Shown: positions 58,258-64,000 of the stretch, one piece after another
Position numbering within the stretch: the stretch's first letter is position 1
Layout: each line of letters starts with the position of its first letter
Assembly (NCBI GenBank): GCA_037447605.1
Contig: CM074809.1
Span: 982,689-1,046,688, forward strand
Origin: Zygnema circumcarinatum SAG 698-1b
Taxonomy: Eukaryota; Plantae; Zygnematophyceae
Direction of reading: 5' to 3'
Length of the DNA: 64,000 nt
Made by a program: the position numbers and the translations under genes
Notes under the pieces: generated by a model
What the model was told of the DNA's origin: nothing
Database searches by the model: none
Seen by the model: the letters and a program-made list of their open reading frames with translations, nothing else

Positions 58258-60745
58258 ATGATGGGCCTGCGGCACCTGTGGAGGCAGCGTGGCATGGGAT
58301 GCATGAGCATGAGGGCAGGGATGGAGCCATGGGGAAAGTCAATGCTGCGGTCATGGCGAGTCATGGCATGCCCATGCAGAGCTTCACAGGCCCTTCATTC
58401 GTATGCCAGTCATGCGGTGGGATTTTTCCAGATGAGGAATGTCTGGTATGCAGCTGGAGTTGCGAGTCAAGTAATGTCGAAAAAAAGGGAGTACATTTAC
58501 TTGGAGAAACTCAACTCTCTAGGGAGCCGAAGCTTCACCTCTGCGGAGGTGAGTCGAGGGGATGGGACAGAAGGAAAGGCACGCCGAATTCCAGGTGAAA
58601 GTTCGATCACTTCAGCAATAAGAGCTTCGTCTATTCATCCTAGTGCCGAGGAAGTCGATTCTCTTGTGTTGAAGCTCTTGGAGCAGGAGGAAAATTCAGA
58701 CGTAACACTCAGAGAGCTTCTATTGAAAACCAGATTTATGGACTGGACGGAATTGACGAACAAATACGAGGATATGTTGGTATCTGGTGCTCGAGAGAAG
58801 GTTGGAGTGAGCATGAACGAGCATAAAGAGCGAGTAATGCATGATAGTGGAAGTCGCAGCCGCGATCAAGGGGGTGCGGATTCAAATGGAATCGACGAGA
58901 TGCAATTGAATGGAAATCGCTATGAAGCATCCAAGAAAACCAGGGTGGCTCATGCTGCTGAGGAAGGGGAAAGAGAGAAGGTACGTGCAGGGACGCAGAG
59001 AGATACGGACAGAGGGCTGCAAATGGAGGAAGTGAAAGAAACGGTGTTGCCAATATTGCGAACAGAAGATGTAAGGATAAGGGACGAGGAACAAGGGGTG
59101 AGTTTGATCGCGAAAGGTCGAATACGGTCAAGGCGAAGACTGGAAACGGTGCCCGCAAGTCCTCATCTGGAAGTAGAGGAGAACGTTGAGAGAGAGGAGG
59201 AACCGGAGAAAGCGAGGGAGGCGCATCTTATGGCAGATAAGAAAGGAAGTGGTCGATCTAGACGGCCAACAGTTCGTGGGAGGAGTGAAAGAGAGAGGAT
59301 AGGCAGGGACAGAGACAAGGATGGACAGGGTGTGATAGAAACGGAAGAGGGAGGATGTGGGAATGGAAAGGAGGAGGCCGTCTCTCTTGTAGGAAGTCTA
59401 GAAAGTGGGACCCGGAAGCGACGGACTGTTCAGGACATGGCTCCGTCAAATGGATGCGTGCAAGAGTGAGTTATTCTGGTCATTATCAGATAGTGAGGCG
59501 GACTGATGAAGGCTGGACAATTTGTGCGTCGACTATTTACGTAGATTTCTCTCTGTATGATATCGCAGGTTATGACGTATCTTTATATAGAACTGAATGG
59601 CGTAGTGGCATTGTGAACAGCTTTTCTCTTCCGTTGGAGCCCAGTGATCAAGCAGATGGGAATCATATCGCTTCTGGAAGCCATAAACTTGTGAAGGAGA
59701 AGAAACCATTGAGAAAGCGGAAGTCGCCAGAGGAAAAGGTGCAGTCGGCAAAGGAGCTGAGTGAAACTGACAGACTGTCGGATCCGATCGGAGGGAAGAG
59801 AATAGTTGTGACGGGGCAAGACTTTGGCCCATTCTCTCGAGACGAGATGGAGGAGTTTGTGAAACAACGTGGAGGGATTCTGCAACAATCAGTAAGTTTT
59901 ACTTGTTGCAGAAGGCCCTCAAGCTCTTCGGAATGGTTATCGCGTCCTCTCTCGCGTCGTCTGCTTTTTTTGTTCTTTCGTTCTGGCGAGCAATTTAATT
60001 AGGAAAAATTACAATTAGAAACTTGTACGATAACTGGTTCAAGTTTCTAGGCCTTCCTGCCGAGAGTACATGGTAAACATTTGTCAGTGTTGCAAGGAGT
60101 TTGTTTGTTCCTTTTAGGACATCCATGCCTGCTCTCAGGGCTATAAAGGAAATGTGTTTGAAAGTGCTTTGCCATAGATTCGTCATGAACGCAGCAAGTA
60201 ATAGCAGAGCATGTGATGATCATGGTGAAACACTTGAGCACCAATTTGTGAGATATGCAATGAATGATGAGATGATGGCGCGCTTGAGAGCGGGAGAGGG
60301 AGATGGAGATGGGGAGGGTGTAGAGAATGGGGAAATGGCAAATGCGGGGGAAAGGCGATGTATAGGAGGTGAGAGGTGCAAAGGGACACTGCAGCTTGGG
60401 AGTCGAGAGGGATGGAGCAGTAAGAGTGAGTCCTAGCTAGAGAATATTCTGGGGCAGGACATATGTTATTCAGTTTGAGGTGAAGCATCTGACTTGTATT
60501 CTTGTCTTCTTTGACTTCAGGTCAATGGGCGAACTTCCATGATCGTGAGAGGGCAACGAAGTTATGGACAGAAGAAGCTGGAGAAAAGTACAGAACTGAA
60601 AATCCAGGTTTTCGACCATTCAGAATTCTTGAAGCTATTTGAAGACGACGTCATGGGAAGGAAAAATGCTTCAGATGCAGACGTAACTTTCACTATATCA
60701 GGAAGGGACATACCGGAAAGCGGTGCAACACATCAAGGAATTTGA
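58258..60745 (+). CDS. Charged, disordered protein with a single C-terminal LigA/RFC1-type BRCT domain; 3 exons; possible organellar presequence
   Basis: IVVTGQDFGPFSRDEMEEFVKQRGGILQQS|VNGRTSMIVRG..KKLEKSTELKIQVFDHSEFLKL. Exons 58258-59465, 59590-59892 and 60521-60745 join in frame. Confidence 0.72.
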
Positions 60746-61608
60746 TGTTACGTCTGTTGTAGGAGACTAGATGCTGAGGCCAATCTGTGTATATGATGTT
60801 GAATGTGCTTTCAAGCATTTTAGAGGGACGGACATCCCTCATAGCTACCGTAACTGCGAAATGGTTTCATTACGTAACCGCTCAACCGTAAAGGTCGACG
60901 TGTATGGAATCGTGCAAGAGAAAGTCTTTTTACACATTCGAAGGTTCTAAACTCGGTTCTAAGCCGCAACTATGTAGTTGCGAAGCAACACCAAGGAAAA
61001 GCTCATATGCGCTTTCAAGGCCATTGTGTCATCTTGTGTGGTAATGCCATGAAAATTTCTAAAGTTGCTCCTGCTTCTTGGGAGGGGAGAAGGCTGGAGA
61101 AAGGAGATAGAATAGGGAAGAGAGCGGGGTGGTGCGAGAGAGGGAGAGGGAGAAGTGGTAGAGGCAGAGGCAAAGGGAGAGTGAGAGCGAGAGCAAGAGC
61201 GGGGGAGAGGGAGAGGAGGGCAGGGAAAGCGTAAGGGTGGGAGGAGGCGAGAGAGAAGGGAGAAAGGGGCAGGAGGGGGAGAAAGGGGCAGGGGGGAGAG
61301 AAGAGGGTGGGTGGGGGACCCAGGCGAGATTGACGGCAACGAGGGGAGGGTGAGGGGGACGGTGAAAAGAAGGAATTTGAATGACCGAAAATGCAACAGA
61401 CTGGGAGTTCTTTCTATGCAATCTGCCATGTATGGGAGTAATCCTGATTTAAACAGCGTGACACCACTGCTAATTTCCTTTTCCAGCTGCATGCAGCAGT
61501 TTTCCAAAGTGATACAAGTAGAGGAAAAAGCGTTCGAAACAAACAGAGGGACACCCAGCCGTGGAGACAGTTTCCTAATTCCTAACATCTATACAATGAC
61601 AAAACCTT

Positions 61609-62796
61609 TCACGTCTCGCCGAGGCCCAACTTTTTATCACTGCTGTTCTTGATGATTTCTCCAAGCTCCTTGATCTGGTGGACAAGGTTATTGATCCCCT
61701 CGAGGACGGGGCGGTTCCCTTCCATCACCGCTTCACGGAGAAACGTCTTCAGCTCCTCCTTCGACACGCCCATCTCACCGTTGCTTTGAGCGGGGCTGCC
61801 TGCTTCATCATTACCCTTCGCCCTCTTTCGGGGAGACTTCATCTCACTGTTCGGGTTGACTCTCTTGTGTTTCGCACTCTCTGGTGGGCAAATCAAATTG
61901 GCAGTAGATGCTTTGCTGTGCTCTTGATTCTCCTCGTTTCCTACTGTGTGTTGATCGTAGTTGAATCGCTTCCTCACAAAATCAAATGGAGCTGGGATCT
62001 GGAGTCTGTCAAGTATGAAGAAAAACTCATTGAATCCACGAGGCGATGCATTCACGTGGGAGATATTTCGTTCCGCCCTCCATACTTTTAGCTCTTGAAG
62101 GGCCGATGGGTATGACTTCCGGAGATGTTTGCACATCCGCTCAGGCTACATCCAACATAGAAATGCGAAAGATGGAGAAAACAAGTAAGAACAACGACAC
62201 ACCAAAAAGTAGTAGACATCCTTACGACTAAAGGTGAGGTGAAGCATCTAATACACACCTTGCTCTTAAGTCACTTATTCTCTTGCTTGATTAATGGGGA
62301 TGGAGAAAAAAATAATCAAACAGAATAAGCCAACTAAAGCATATACAAGAAAACCGTTTCAGCATCGTCCACTCCCCTAAAACACTTAAAGCGTTACACA
62401 ATTATATCGCGGCAAAACACCAAATAACACCTTTCCCATGATGATAGCCGACTTCCCCTTCCCACTGCCAATACAGACAGGCCCAATCGCCGCCTCCATA
62501 ATATTCTTCCATTCTGTTCCGCCTTGCCTCTTATCCTTCAAGATCGCCTCCCGCACGTCGGGGTGCTGCCAGCCCAGCCCTGCTCTGCTCTCTTCCTGCT
62601 TTTCTTTCCTTAACTCCACCAGTTCCCGCGGCACATCATTTTCCTGAACCACGGCCGCTACTTGCGACATGCCACCACCACCACCACCACCTTCATGCAT
62701 CACCACCGCCAACCCCAATGCCGACGAGTCCTCCTTCACAATAACGTCTTTCAGGGGCATCGGTAAAGCCGGCTCTCCATTGAGATTTTCCCCCAT
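61609..62796 (-). CDS. Hypothetical spliced protein with a C-terminal coiled-coil-like segment; may extend to 60959
   Basis: ORFs 62386-62796 and 61609-62136 have plausible donors and acceptors and protein-like composition. No recognised domain. Confidence 0.5.
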
Positions 62797-63039
62797 TCAC
62801 GCCCTTGCAGCCAGTAGGTGACGGGTAGCAGCAGCAGCGGGGCCTGCACGACCAGCTGTCCCAAACCTAAAGCTCAAGATAAGCGCCACCGGGAAGGACC
62901 CTCAAGTCCCCCTCTTCCTCAGGCAGCCATAGCGAGAAGCTCCGCGAGGTGACGGGCGTGGAACTGGGAAGAGCCATGCCTCCTTCTCTGGGCCAGAGGG
63001 GCCGCCATGGCCTCTGCTGCGAAGCGCGAGGGGGCCGGT

Positions 63040-63335
63040 CAATGGTTGGCCATCCAATGGTTGGCCGCCATTGAATCCAATGGTGGGAACCACCGGCAAC
63101 GGCTGCTCGGGTGGCGAATCAATGGTTGGCAGCCATTCAATCCAATGGTGGGAACCACTGGCAATCGGCTGCTCGGGTGGCGAATCAATGGTTGGCAGCC
63201 ATTGGATCCAATGGTGGGAATTACTGGCAACGGCTGCTCGGGTGGCGAATCAATGGTTGGCAGCCATTCAATCCAATGGTACCCACCATTGGCTCCGACT
63301 GCTCGGGGGGCGAATTAATGGCTGGCAACAATGCC
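63040..63335. repeat. 65-66 bp tandem repeat, about 3.5 copies, rich in CCAAT/ATTGG and AACGG
   Basis: Units start at 63095, 63160 and 63226 (ggcaacggctgctcgggtggcgaatcaatggttggcagccattcaatccaatggtgggaaccact). Confidence 0.9.
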
Positions 63336-63429
63336 AATGGTTGATCCAACGGTTGCTCTACCGGCCCAACCTGCACAGCGGTGCGCGTGCACCTGCTCAA
63401 GCGCGGCCATGGCTGCCGCTGCCTGGCAA

Positions 63430-63470
63430 TCCGTACGGTACGGTTTACAGTACGGCCTCGTGTACGGTCC
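63430..63470. promoter_or_regulatory. GTAC-core cluster upstream of the minus-strand orphan gene
   Basis: ccgtacggtacggtttacagtacggcctcgtgtacgg: four cores in about 40 bp. Confidence 0.45.
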
Positions 63471-64000
63471 CTACTTGGCAGCAATGGCAGACGGACGGTG
63501 CCTCCATGTCCGACCTGTGAAGGTGAAGGTTTGCTTTGATGTGTTTCTGGTCCTTTCACCATTTCTGTTTAAAAATAAAAAATAAATAAGCTGCATAATC
63601 ACTTTACCCTTAAACAATAAGCTCTAGCCAGAAAAAGATGAGCCCTAAGCTTCTTCGTTCCACAGAGGCTGGCCGACGGGGATGCACAAGCTTTAGGTTG
63701 GCATGCGCAGCAAGTTCGCAATGTGTCTCTTTCAACAGACACGAGCGTGCCGCCTTGAATAGTGTGCGTAGGCATCGAAGTTAAAGTGGATCATAGGAAA
63801 GAACAGGCATTTCAACACAAGCAGATAACGGAAATGGCTGCACGGCAGCCTTGCACAGATTTATTTACAATCGATGAATGAATCTGAGCAAGGAGCTGAC
63901 ATGACGCTGCCGTATAACCCCTTCCATTACGTTTTCAATCCATGGCTGGTCTAGTAATGGACTAAGGCAATTCTCTTACTACAACGAGGGCTGAAGACCA

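Noticed and set aside
63040-63335. CRISPR-like array
   Set aside because: The units are contiguous near-identical repeats without unique spacers, in a eukaryotic context with no cas genes.

Overview
Eukaryotic nuclear DNA: gene-dense, intron-rich (GT-AG) and about 50% GC. It is most likely from a streptophyte (charophyte-type) green alga or early-diverging plant; this is inferred from plant-type OEP80, START, MORN and TEY-MAPK genes. I can support about 13 spliced genes: a START lipid-transfer protein, a CDPK/PEPKR-like pseudokinase, a cyanobacterial-type transaldolase, SAP30BP/HCNGP, a TEY MAPK, OEP80, a LEA3-like protein with a C-terminal membrane anchor, a fungal Ags1/Mok-like alpha-glucan synthase, a DHHC S-acyltransferase, a MORN-repeat protein, CHR24/ERCC6L, a LigA/RFC1-type BRCT protein and an orphan. 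There are also microsatellites, tandem repeats and dense GTAC and G-box promoter clusters. The stand-out is the minus-strand gene at about 35.3-41.3 kb. Its GT5 domain and its multi-pass membrane C-terminus both match fungal alpha-1,3-glucan synthases, but it lacks their GH13 ectodomain. Exon boundaries were read by eye. Protein comparisons are from remembered family motifs, not database searches. I saw no rRNA, tRNA, CRISPR array or intact transposon.
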